Positions 1-8,005 of a stretch of 64,000 bases of DNA are shown here, piece by piece. The stretch is from Longimicrobiales bacterium (GTDB lineage Bacteria; Gemmatimonadota; Gemmatimonadetes; Longimicrobiales; Gaopeijiaceae). The position numbers and the translations under genes are program-made. The notes beneath the pieces are model-generated. The model saw nothing but the letters and a program-made list of their open reading frames with translations. It was not told the origin of the DNA and ran no database searches. Each line of letters starts with the position of its first letter. Positions within the stretch are counted from its first letter, which is position 1. The DNA is taken from positions 1,376,001-1,440,000 of the forward strand of contig CBDCNQ010000005.1 in the NCBI GenBank assembly GCA_965219445.1, read 5' to 3'.

Positions 1-350
1 GGGCGCTCGCGTCATGGTAGCGCCGGGTCATCCGATCGAGCACTTCCCGGATCGACTTGGCGAACTCTCCCTCCTCGTCGGGCGACCGAAACCGGATATG
101 GGCCTCGAGGCTGAGAGTTGGAAGACGTTCCGCCACACCCTGGTCCGGTTCTAGGAGTTCGGCCAAGTCACTCAGGGTTCGATTCGCTGCTGCGACCAAG
201 TCCTCAGTGGAGTATGAGAGTCTTGACTCTCCGGTGCCCGGCGCCCTTGACTCGGAATCACTTAGGATCGACGGATCGATGACGTACCGGCCGGCGGTAG
301 CCCGAACGACTCTCTCGACGCAGTTGCCCTTACGCCGATCCTCTACATGC
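1..350 (-). pseudogene. C-terminal part of an ArsR/HTH_20-like transcriptional regulator; N-terminal HTH apparently lost; runs off the window edge
   Basis: Manual minus-strand translation HVEDRRKGNCVERVVRATAGRYVIDP...LPTLSLEAHIRFRSPDEEGEFAKSIREVLDRMTRRYHDA resembles the wing and C-terminal domain of this family; the upstream sequence does not encode an HTH. Confidence 0.55.
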
Positions 351-514
351 CGCGAGCTAGGATCAAAGGCATCATAGGGGCATGGCGACCGCTACCGGTA
401 CCGATCAGCAGCGAAGCAGCCCGAAGACGAAGAGGCGTTCTCCTCCGGGAACGGGTGCGCGTTCATCATTGTTCGCGCAAGGAAGCAACCCACCTATCCA
501 AGAGGAGAACGCCG

Positions 515-1570
515 ATGGAGAGGTATATCGGACTCGACGCACACGCGTCGAGCTGCACGCTGGGGATTGTAGGCCCCAGCGGCAAGCGCTTGGGCTCGCA
601 GGTGGTGGAGACGAACGCGCGGGCGCTGATCGAGGTGCTGCGAGGGATTCCGAGGAACCGGCACTTATGCCTGGAAGAAGGGACGCTGTCGGGGTGGCTG
701 TACGAGGTGCTGAAGCCGCACGTGGAGGAGCTGACGGTGGCGGGGGTCGGCAAGAGCCGGGGCCCGAAGACCGACAAGCTGGACGCGTTTGCCCTGGCGG
801 AGAAGCTGCGGATCGGATCACTGGAGACGACGGTCTACAAGAACCGGGGCCAGTTCAGGCGGCTGGGGGAACGGGCGAAGAGCTACGACTTCTTGGTCGG
901 CGACACGGTGCGGGTGAAGAACCGGCTCAAGAGCGTGCTGCGCTCGAGAGGAGTGGCCTACGGCGCGGGGCGCTCGGTCTACTTAAAGCGCGACCGGGAG
1001 GAGTGGTTGGCCAAGCTGCCGGAAGCGAGCAGGACGACGGCCGGGTTGCTGTACGAGGAGCACGACGCACTCGTGGCATTGAGGGCGAAGGCCGAGAAGG
1101 CGTTGCTGGCGGAAGCACGCAAGCATCGAGAGTGGCATGTGCTGAAGACGTGCCCGGGTCTGGGTCCGATCCGGACGGCGGAGCTCCTGCCGGTGGTGGT
1201 GACGCCGTACCGGTTCCAGAGCCGGAGCAGGTTCTGGGCGTACTGCGGACTGGGCGTCGTGATGCGGAGCTCGTCGGACTGGGTGCGGGGTCCGGGTGGG
1301 CGGTGGGTAAGGGAACCGGTACAGCAGACGCGGGGGCTGAATCGGAACTTCAACCACACGCTGAAGCGTGTGTTCAAGGGCGCAGCGACGACGGTGATCG
1401 GTCGGGCCGAGGACGAGCCCTTGTACCGCCACTACGAGCGACTCCTGGAGGGGGGCACGAAGCCGAATCTGGCGAAGCTGACGATCGCGCGTCAGCTCGC
1501 CTCGATCGTGCTAGCGGTGTGGCGCACGGGCGAAGCGTACGACCCCAAGAGACTGGAAGCGACGGAGTAA
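515..1570 (+). CDS. IS110-family DEDD transposase/recombinase
   Basis: YIGLDAH, CLEEG and KTDKLDA (DEDD RuvC-like); CPGLGPI HhH; YCGL...RSSS catalytic serine region; GAGGAG RBS at 502-507. Confidence 0.93.
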   Translation: MERYIGLDAHASSCTLGIVGPSGKRLGSQVVETNARALIEVLRGIPRNRHLCLEEGTLSGWLYEVLKPHVEELTVAGVGKSRGPKTDKLDAFALAEKLRIGSLETTVYKNRGQFRRLGERAKSYDFLVGDTVRVKNRLKSVLRSRGVAYGAGRSVYLKRDREEWLAKLPEASRTTAGLLYEEHDALVALRAKAEKALLAEARKHREWHVLKTCPGLGPIRTAELLPVVVTPYRFQSRSRFWAYCGLGVVMRSSSDWVRGPGGRWVREPVQQTRGLNRNFNHTLKRVFKGAATTVIGRAEDEPLYRHYERLLEGGTKPNLAKLTIARQLASIVLAVWRTGEAYDPKRLEATE

Positions 1571-1599
1571 ACCGGCCTGGGATCGGCGAGCGTGGGGTC

Positions 1600-1810
1600 G
1601 AAAGCGGTCACAACATGGGGTCCGACGAAACGGAAGCGAACCGGTTACAGGGGACAGCATCCATACACACCGTGGGCCGGGGCAGAGAGCCCAAGCCCCC
1701 ACTCAAAGGCTATGCACCCCTGGAGAGCCGAACGAAGCGATGGGCCACAGAGTCCCAGATAGAAGGATGGTTCCCGCTCCAGAGCGGAGAACGCGACGGC
1801 TGTGAACGTC
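1600..1810 (+). ncRNA. Candidate bridge RNA/seekRNA of the IS110 element (boundaries approximate)
   Basis: Two similarly built internal-loop hairpins; TACACACC 1664-1671 is the reverse complement of right flank 1959-1966; ATAGAAGG 1759-1766 is identical to right end 1952-1959. Confidence 0.65.
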
Positions 1811-1963
1811 TTCCGGACTGCGATGCGGACCCTGCGAGCGCACCCCTCCCCACCCTGAGTCGTCGACCGGGCAATCCAAACCATGCGGACGCCGACGGTC
1901 AAAAAATGAGCCGACGGCGCGTGGGGAAGGTGCGTCTTGACCGCCAGCCCCATAGAAGGGTGT

Positions 1964-2250
1964 GTAAAAAGAGAGGATATCGTGGGACCCCAGGGTGCGT
2001 CCAGCAGGCCGATGTGGGAGACGCTCGAGGGGGATGGTTAGGGAGAAGGCGCAGGAGTTCATCCAACAGATCTTGGAGGAGGAAGTCACCGAGCTGTTAG
2101 GCCGGGAGAAGTCGAAGCGAAGAGAGGCGGTGGACGCGAGCCCGGGTTACCGCAACGGGTACGGCAAGGCGCGGCGGCTGTCGATGAGTTCGGGCACGAT
2201 CACGGTGCGACGCCCCCGGGTACGGGGTCTGGAGGAACGCTTCGAGAGTA
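1964..2250 (+). pseudogene. IS256-family transposase 5' fragment, frameshifted and truncated
   Basis: MWETLEG/MVREKAQEFIQQILEEEVTELLGR...GYRNGYGKARRL...ITVRRPRVRG; extra G in the G-run near 2029-2033; similarity ends at about 2250. Confidence 0.8.
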
Positions 2251-2293
2251 CGCCCCGTTCCTGTCAGGCTCGTCCCATCTGCCAGGTAGTTTC

Positions 2294-2680
2294 TCAGGAG
2301 AAACGAGAGCGGACCTGCCATACGTCGTAGACTTTTTTCAATTCTTCGACCCAACAACGATCTTCATCGGAAACGTCCCGCCCCAAACTCTTGGCCAGCT
2401 TAAAGAAACCACTCCCCGGTTTCCCGTCACCTCTGTGAACTACTACAGCTGTGAGCAACCCACGACTCCGTTCATCTTCATCGCTTGATATTTCGCCGAG
2501 CATCTGTGATAGGCGGGTGTCGTGAGGTTCAAAAGCGCAACTTGTAATCTGCTCCACGAGCTCCGAATACGACATGACGCCTCCGCGGGTCGCTACATCT
2601 ATCATGGCTCTGCGCGCTTGCTCCGTCGCAGCACCCCACACCTCATCGGTGAACCCGTGATCAAAGTTATCGCGTATCAT
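2294..2680 (-). CDS. Hypothetical protein, possibly winged-helix-like
   Basis: 128-aa ORF with YSEL...LGEIS...LLTAVVV...PGSGFF pattern seen in small accessory-island proteins. Confidence 0.6.
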   Translation of the reverse strand: MIRDNFDHGFTDEVWGAATEQARRAMIDVATRGGVMSYSELVEQITSCAFEPHDTRLSQMLGEISSDEDERSRGLLTAVVVHRGDGKPGSGFFKLAKSLGRDVSDEDRCWVEELKKVYDVWQVRSRFS

Positions 2681-3085
2681 TCCACTCGACGTCCTTCGTC
2701 GCTCATGATCCCAGGCTGCGCAAACCTAGGCCGCCCGAGGTGTCGTCGCGCGCCGTGGAGGACTACTCATTCACGGACGCAGCAGCAAGAAATCCCACCG
2801 TGATCGCGACCACATGACTTACGACCAAGCGCTCGATATTGCCAGAGCCACGCTACTAAAGCATTTGGAAAATGGGCACGTCCCCAATGACCAGGATTGG
2901 TCTCGAATAGTGATGGGTGCCGAGGATTCGAACAATCCATAGCCAGCATGGCCATTGCGAGCAGCTGGTGTTGCAAACGCAATCACCCAATGGGCGCGGC
3001 CACTTGCCGTTTTAGCTCCAGGGTATTTGCGTTGCACATTTTTTTTCGCTCATCCGGAAATCGCAAACGCATTCGCGGCATCCCT

Positions 3086-3709
3086 CTACCACCGCGCGGG
3101 CTTCCGAATGTTGGTGCCCGGAATCGGGTCCGGCAGTTGCGAGCGCCGCAGGGCATTGGGCCGAACATGCCGCGCAAAGTCCGCATGCGCCATGAGCTGG
3201 CGCGACGGCCTTCCGGTTCCCGGCGTCACCAGGCCGATCCGCTTGCCGTGATGCTGCTTGACCAGGCGCATGGCCTCGGCGATGTCGCTGTCGTTGCTGA
3301 CCACCACCGCGCAATCGTAGGCGTCAAGCCAACCGTCGTTAAGCAGGTGGACGGCGAGATTGACGTCCGAGCCCTTCTCCTCGGTCCGGATCACCTCCAC
3401 CGTGCGCTGGTCCCTGGCCGGCTGCGCGAGCGGCGCGCTCACCTTGTGGCTCAGGAAATGCCCGAAATATACCTCGACCTCGGGCCGGTAGCGCCGAAGG
3501 GCACGGAGATAGACGTCCTGGCGCTGGGGTTTCGACGGGTCGGCGGGGGTGCCCGACACCCGCGCCGTGAAATACTTGACCGTCAGGATGTCGTGGTGCG
3601 GTTGCAGGACCTTCGCGAACAGCGCCGGCAGGTCGAGCCATTTCCGTGGCGTTCCCTTGAGCGCTCCATAGTAGAGATTGAAGCCGTCCACATAGACGAA
3701 GGTGCGCAT
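3086..3709 (-). CDS. NYN domain (LabA/DUF88, PIN-like) ribonuclease
   Basis: VYVDGFNLYYG, EEKGSDVNLA and VVSNDSD acidic PIN/NYN motifs; 207 aa. Confidence 0.9.
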   Translation of the reverse strand: MRTFVYVDGFNLYYGALKGTPRKWLDLPALFAKVLQPHHDILTVKYFTARVSGTPADPSKPQRQDVYLRALRRYRPEVEVYFGHFLSHKVSAPLAQPARDQRTVEVIRTEEKGSDVNLAVHLLNDGWLDAYDCAVVVSNDSDIAEAMRLVKQHHGKRIGLVTPGTGRPSRQLMAHADFARHVRPNALRRSQLPDPIPGTNIRKPARW

Positions 3710-3721
3710 CGTTGCCCGCCG

Positions 3722-3781
3722 TAAAAAGCAAGGGCCTCCGAAGAGGCCCCGCGCCCTGCGGTCGAAACCGCAAGGGGTGTT
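3722..3781 (-). ncRNA. Short structured leader RNA with intrinsic terminator upstream of the NYN gene
   Basis: Minus strand: TGCGGT-TTCG-ACCGCA hairpin, then GGGCCTC-TTCG-GAGGCCC hairpin followed by TTGCTTTTT. Confidence 0.6.
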
Positions 3782-3787
3782 GCCCAC

Positions 3788-3816
3788 AGTCTAAGCGCTT
3801 GAACGATCGGGATCAA
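3788..3816 (-). promoter_or_regulatory. Sigma70-type promoter for the leader RNA/NYN unit
   Basis: TTGATC (3816-3811), 17-nt spacer, TAGACT (3793-3788). Confidence 0.6.
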
Positions 3817-3867
3817 GCCGGCCCGTTCGGGATCGGGTGGCCGCCGCCGGTGTTTCCGGAGACGCGC

Positions 3868-4094
3868 CCGCGCATTGGAAAGATGCCGGTGTCGGAGGTC
3901 ACGAGTGCCAACGTGCTGGAAATCCTTGCGCCCATCTGGCACGCGAAGGCGGAGACGGCCCGGCGGCTACGCCAGCGCATCCGCGCGGTCTTGGAATGGA
4001 CCGTGGCGATGGAGTTTCGGATCGACAACCCGTGCGACCGGATCGACCCGGTCCTGGGTCCCCAGCATGACGTCGTGCAGCACATGCGGGCCTT
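3868..4094 (+). pseudogene. P4-like tyrosine integrase fragment (core-binding domain only)
   Basis: PRIGKMPVSEVTSANVLEILAPIWHAKAETARRLRQRIRAVLEWTVAMEFRIDNPCD...QHMRA; no N-terminal or catalytic domain. Confidence 0.8.
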
Positions 4095-4393
4095 CCGGCG
4101 TTGGGGATCCTGCCGTCGCGCACGAGGCGGCCGAGATGGTCAGCGGAGTAGCCGCTCTCCCTGGCTGCCTCCGTCAGCGAGAGGGTGGTCTCGTCCCTCT
4201 CCCTGAGCGTGGCCTCGAGCTCGGCCGCGCAGCTTTCGAGCGCGACGGCCGGCGTCTCGCCCCCGTACCGGCGGAGCGCCTTGGCCTGCGTCCGCCAGGT
4301 GACTGGCAGGGTCTCGACGGACGCGCCGCGAGGTGTGCGCGCACGGTTGGGTCGATCTCGTCGGCCCGCCGCCCGCCCGGTCTCCGCTTTCAT
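4088..4393 (-). pseudogene. Excisionase-like HTH protein, 3' truncated
   Basis: LSLTEAARESGYSADHLGRLVRDGRIPN (HTH_17-like); ATGA-coupled to the upstream gene; runs head-on into the integrase fragment. Confidence 0.6.
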
Positions 4394-4704
4394 TCCCAGT
4401 CGCCCTCGGCGTCTCTGCGGAGCGCTTCGGTGAGGGCCGGGTCCCCCTCGCCGCGCCGAACGGAGCGCTCGGCGAGATCGACGCGGCGTCCCAGGTCGGA
4501 GAGTCCGGCGGCTCGGGCAATGGCGTAGATCGCGGCGGCGACTGCCGCGAGCCCCAGAGCCAGATGGAACGCAACGGCAAGGCCGCAGTCGGCGAGGATC
4601 AGTGGCCAGAACGGCGCGAGATACTCGAGGCGGGATCCGGCGAGGAGGAGGCCCGAGCCTGCGAGGGCAGCGGTCAGCCCCGCGCTGATCTTCCAGGGTT
4701 GCAT
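4390..4704 (-). CDS. Small membrane protein of mobile-element origin
   Basis: 104 aa with hydrophobic segments; in an operon-like row. Confidence 0.6.
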   Translation of the reverse strand: MQPWKISAGLTAALAGSGLLLAGSRLEYLAPFWPLILADCGLAVAFHLALGLAAVAAAIYAIARAAGLSDLGRRVDLAERSVRRGEGDPALTEALRRDAEGDWE

Positions 4705-4713
4705 GGGGGCGGG

Positions 4714-5595
4714 CTAGAGCTCGGGCGCGGCCGGATCCCGGTCGGCCGGACCCCGTAGGGAGGAGCCATGATCCTCGCAGCCGAGCGCCCTAAGCACCCG
4801 CGCGGCGGCCGGTCCGTTGGCGTGCAGCACGAACCCGGCGGCCACCTTGGCACGTATGGAGCGAGCCCGGTAGTTGCCCGAGGCGACCTCGATGTTGACG
4901 CGTCCGGTGCGCCCCTCGGAGTCGGTGTACTCGATCTGCGCATCCGGGTAGAGCACCCGGCCTTGGGCATCGATCGGCAAGCCGAGCTCCTCGGCCACGC
5001 GGTGCCGCTCGGCGTCGGCGGCCCGCCGGCCGTCTTTCGCCCGCGCGGACTCGCTCTTGCGTGCGACGGCGCTCTTGAACTCGCCGTCGAGCCGCACACG
5101 GCGGACGGTGGCCCCCTGCTCGATCAGGCGTTGGTGCTCCTGGCGGCAGGCCCGATAGATGGCGGTGTCGTGCGCGGCTTCGGCGGGCCGGGTACGTGCG
5201 AACCCGATCTCCTGGCCGGGATCGATTCCCCGCTCGGCGGCCAGCTTCCGGGTCTCGGCCACGCCTTTCCGCGTGAGGGTCAGCACCTTGAACGGGTTGC
5301 CGTTGGGTCCAGTGGCTCGGGTTTCTTGGGCGAGCCCTTCGCGTATCCAGGCGTTCACCGCCCGTCGCGTGGTGTAGGGATGGCCACCGAAGTGAGCCTC
5401 GGCGAGATCGCGGTACGAGACGGTGCCGTAGATGCCGATGTCGGCGAGCGCCCCACGGCACCGTTCGCGGAAGGAGGTGGACCCGCGGTCCCGGCTCGCG
5501 TCGTATTCTCGGCGATGGCCGTTCCGCATGCGTTGGTTCGCGCGGCTTTGTGGCGCGGCGGGACGCGGGTCCAATCCGATCGTGCGGTCGAACAT
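4714..5595 (-). CDS. wHTH plus PD-(D/E)XK-like protein resembling the replication-relaxation (Replic_Relax) family
   Basis: N-terminal wHTH (VSYRDLAEAHF...LTLTRKG), H in AAHDTAIY, YPDAQIEY...NIEV...Y...IRAK; GGAG RBS. Confidence 0.55.
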   Translation of the reverse strand: MFDRTIGLDPRPAAPQSRANQRMRNGHRREYDASRDRGSTSFRERCRGALADIGIYGTVSYRDLAEAHFGGHPYTTRRAVNAWIREGLAQETRATGPNGNPFKVLTLTRKGVAETRKLAAERGIDPGQEIGFARTRPAEAAHDTAIYRACRQEHQRLIEQGATVRRVRLDGEFKSAVARKSESARAKDGRRAADAERHRVAEELGLPIDAQGRVLYPDAQIEYTDSEGRTGRVNIEVASGNYRARSIRAKVAAGFVLHANGPAAARVLRALGCEDHGSSLRGPADRDPAAPEL

Positions 5596-5618
5596 CTCCT
5601 AGGGCTCTGTCCTTGGCC

Positions 5619-6122
5619 TCAGCGGCTGGGGCCGGAGCTCCGGTTCGGGACCGGCAGCGGAAGCTCCGGCCGGAGGGCGGGCTCTCGGGCGGGAGCGCGG
5701 GTAGCGGTCGCCGGCTCGCGCTCGGCCTGGCGATCGCGGCTCCGGGCCAGCACGAAGTCGGAGATCTTCTGCGCGTCGGCCGCGGCACGGCGGATCTCAC
5801 GGGGATCTTCTTCGAGCGCCGCGATCCAGCCCTCGTAACGTAGGCGATCCTTTGGGCGACGGAGGACCTGGCCCAGAGTGGTCCGCGCTTCACTTACTCG
5901 GGCAACGCCCGAGTCGCGATCCGAGGCGCCGTACAAGATGCCCCCGGCCTCGAACTGGTGGAGGTGGCTGTCCGTCCATCCCATCACGACTTGTAAGGAA
6001 TCGTGAAGCCGCTTCAGGGTGATCCCACTTGGTACGAGGAAGCGCCGCCAGATGGGTGGCCTCACACCACGAAGCGAAACCTTCAGCCGGAATACCGGTC
6101 CACCAGTGTCACGTATTCTCAT
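5619..6122 (-). pseudogene. Chimeric ORF: pRiA4b ORF-3-like N-terminus fused to an ArdC/zincin-like C-terminal tail
   Basis: LKVSLRGVRPPIWRRFLVP...LHDSLQVVMGWTDSHLHQF...LRYE lacks the following YDFGD motif and continues into GWIAALEEDPREIRRAAADAQKISDFVL. Confidence 0.7.
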
Positions 6123-6191
6123 GGCACTCCTGGATGCGCGTGACGCCTTGCCACTCCGTCGTCGGCGAAGCCGGTCGGCTGCAGCGTTTTC

Positions 6192-6503
6192 TTAGACCGC
6201 GCTGTCCTGCCAGTTACCGTCATCGTACGACTGCTGTACCTCACTGAGTCGGTCAAAAAAACCGTACAGTTCCTTCTGAAGCTTGCGATCTTCGCAGTGA
6301 TTGGCTTCCGCCGCAATGTAGCCCAGCATGTCCTCGAGGTCGTCCAGGGTATAACCACCCACGTATCCCATTTTGCCGGGTATTGCTCGGAGCTGCTCCG
6401 CGTAGTCGGGATCAGCGAACGTGTGATTCAAGAGAAGCTCGCGCTCGCGAGAACTCATTCTCACCTCAATTCGATCGCCCTCGTTGATCCTCTGTCGTTT
6501 CAT
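6192..6503 (-). CDS. Hypothetical protein
   Basis: 103-aa ORF with natural composition (TLDDLEDMLGYIAAEANH), upstream of the pRiA4b ORF-3-like gene. Confidence 0.6.
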   Translation of the reverse strand: MKRQRINEGDRIEVRMSSRERELLLNHTFADPDYAEQLRAIPGKMGYVGGYTLDDLEDMLGYIAAEANHCEDRKLQKELYGFFDRLSEVQQSYDDGNWQDSAV

Positions 6504-6667
6504 ACGACTTCCGTCCGTTTTAAGAGGTCCAGGAGTTGAGCGATCACGCGGCTCGCTGGTTCATGCGGCTGCACCGGCGCACAAGCTGCGGCCCTCGCCG
6601 GCACTCCTGCAAGAGACGGTCGAGGCTCGAACTCATTCACTCAAGGGATTGGGCCCATTGCTGAGAA

Positions 6668-6864
6668 TGACCTGCCCCCAAGAGCGGTACCACATCCTAT
6701 GTTAGTCCCAGCACCTGTGGAGGGCCGTGAAGGACGGGCATCCTCAGGAACCAGGGCGACGGCTTAATCGCCTCAGGGGCCTGGGGAAAGCCGCCGCAGG
6801 CGCTGTGGGGTCGGACGGTATTGTACTCGCGCCTCCATTGCCCGACCAGCACGGCCGCCTCGAG
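6668..6864 (-). mobile_element. IS3-family right-end remnant
   Basis: Minus translation LEAAVLVGQWRREYNTVRPHSACG...LT* (stop 6697-6699), followed by a terminus ending GGGGCAGGTCA at 6668. Confidence 0.75.
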
Positions 6865-7918
6865 TCAATCCCAAAGCTAGTTGAAACTCGAGTGACCTCG
6901 GGACGCTCAGGCTGCGGCATGAGTCTGGCTATCGGGATGGATGATCCCGAGTTCCTTCTGAATCGCGGCACGGAGCGACGGGAGGTGGCGATAGCCGAGT
7001 AGCCTCCTGAGCCGAGGCTCGATGTCGATGAGCGCGGCGGCGAGCCAGCGCTGCTTATGGTTCGAGTTTCTCCATCGGTCGACTCTCCCACAGCGCTGTT
7101 CGGCTTGAGCGTTCACGGATTCGAGAACGTTGGTCGTCTTCAGCGAACGGCCAACCAGCGGGAACACGCCGAGTCGATGCAGGGTCAACGTCTCCTCGAA
7201 CCCTTCGTCCAGGCTTGCAACCGCCGACTGGTTGAGCTCGTCCAGCTCAGCCCGCATCGCTTTCAGGTCCCGCTTCGCCTCCTCGTAGGTGGGCCGCTCG
7301 TAGGCTCGCTGCAGACGTCCACACCAGGCCTTCTGCTCGGTGCGTGGCAGGTACGAGACCACATTCTCTCGCTTGTGCCATTGGCAGCGCTGGATAAGCA
7401 CCTGGCCCCGGAACACCGTCGTCACTGCCGACTTCAGCCCCTTGGCGCCGTCGATCACGACCAGCGCTCCGGCCGACAGATCGAGTCCCCGATCCTTCAG
7501 GGAGCGCAGAAAGCTCGTGATCACCCGGGCGTTCTCCGTTTCCGTCTGCACGAATCCCGCAAACACCTTGTCTCCCCCCATCGTCACGGCTAACGCGACG
7601 ACGATTTCGTCATTGGCAAACGTCTTGCCATCCAGGAAGAGCGCCACGACGTCGAGCTCCGTAAGCTCACGTTCCTGAAACGCCTTCAGCTGCCTGGCGG
7701 TCGCCTTCTTGAACTCCCGCGACACCGTCGACTTAGACAGCCCGATCGCCCCCGGCACTGCCTCCACCGCGGCCTCATAGTCACGACACGAGATCCCAAG
7801 CAGGACCTTGCGGAACAACCCCTCGTCCACCTCGCCCGCCGCCCAGTGCAAGCGCTCGTACGACTCCAGACGCGCCTCTCCCTCCAGACCTCGCACCCGA
7901 GGGACCCGGACCCCTCTC
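6862..7918 (-). mobile_element. IS256-family element, 5' truncated (transposase 6907 to about 7918)
   Basis: LFLDGK, VIDGAKGL, IQRCQWHK and TTNVLESVN DDE motifs; terminus TTTCAACTAGCTTTGGGATTGACTC ending at 6862; N-terminus replaced by the adjacent IS3 element. Confidence 0.88.
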
Positions 7919-8005
7919 TGCCAACTTACGTGAGACACGGAGCAGCTAAGGAATTAGAGTAGGGCGAAGGCAGAGAAACCGAGGATGCTGAGACACCGAG
8001 AGAGA

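Larger units (their letters stand above)
434..1959 (+). mobile_element. IS110-family insertion sequence with short left end and long 3' non-coding end (IS1111-like layout)
   Basis: Transposase 515-1570; (A)GG repeated at both inferred boundaries (433-435, 1957-1959); TTGACC -35-like hexamer at 1937-1942 near the right end; boundaries inferred from guide-like matches. Confidence 0.75.

Noticed and set aside
382..2100. 572-aa ORF overlapping the IS110 element
   Set aside because: Gly/Ala/Arg-rich alternate-frame shadow of the transposase that runs through the non-coding end; no motifs.
2940..2942. In-frame TAG as pyrrolysine or recoding
   Set aside because: No pyl genes or other recoding evidence in the window; TAG is a normal stop in other genes here.
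4768..5893. Long ORFs 4768-5838 (+) and 4790-5893 (-)
   Set aside because: Antisense or alternate-frame shadows of the 293-aa gene in GC-rich DNA.
1964..7918. Idea that the two IS256 fragments are halves of one split element
   Set aside because: Both contain the PRVRG region with different surrounding sequence and lie in opposite orientation, so they are distinct elements.
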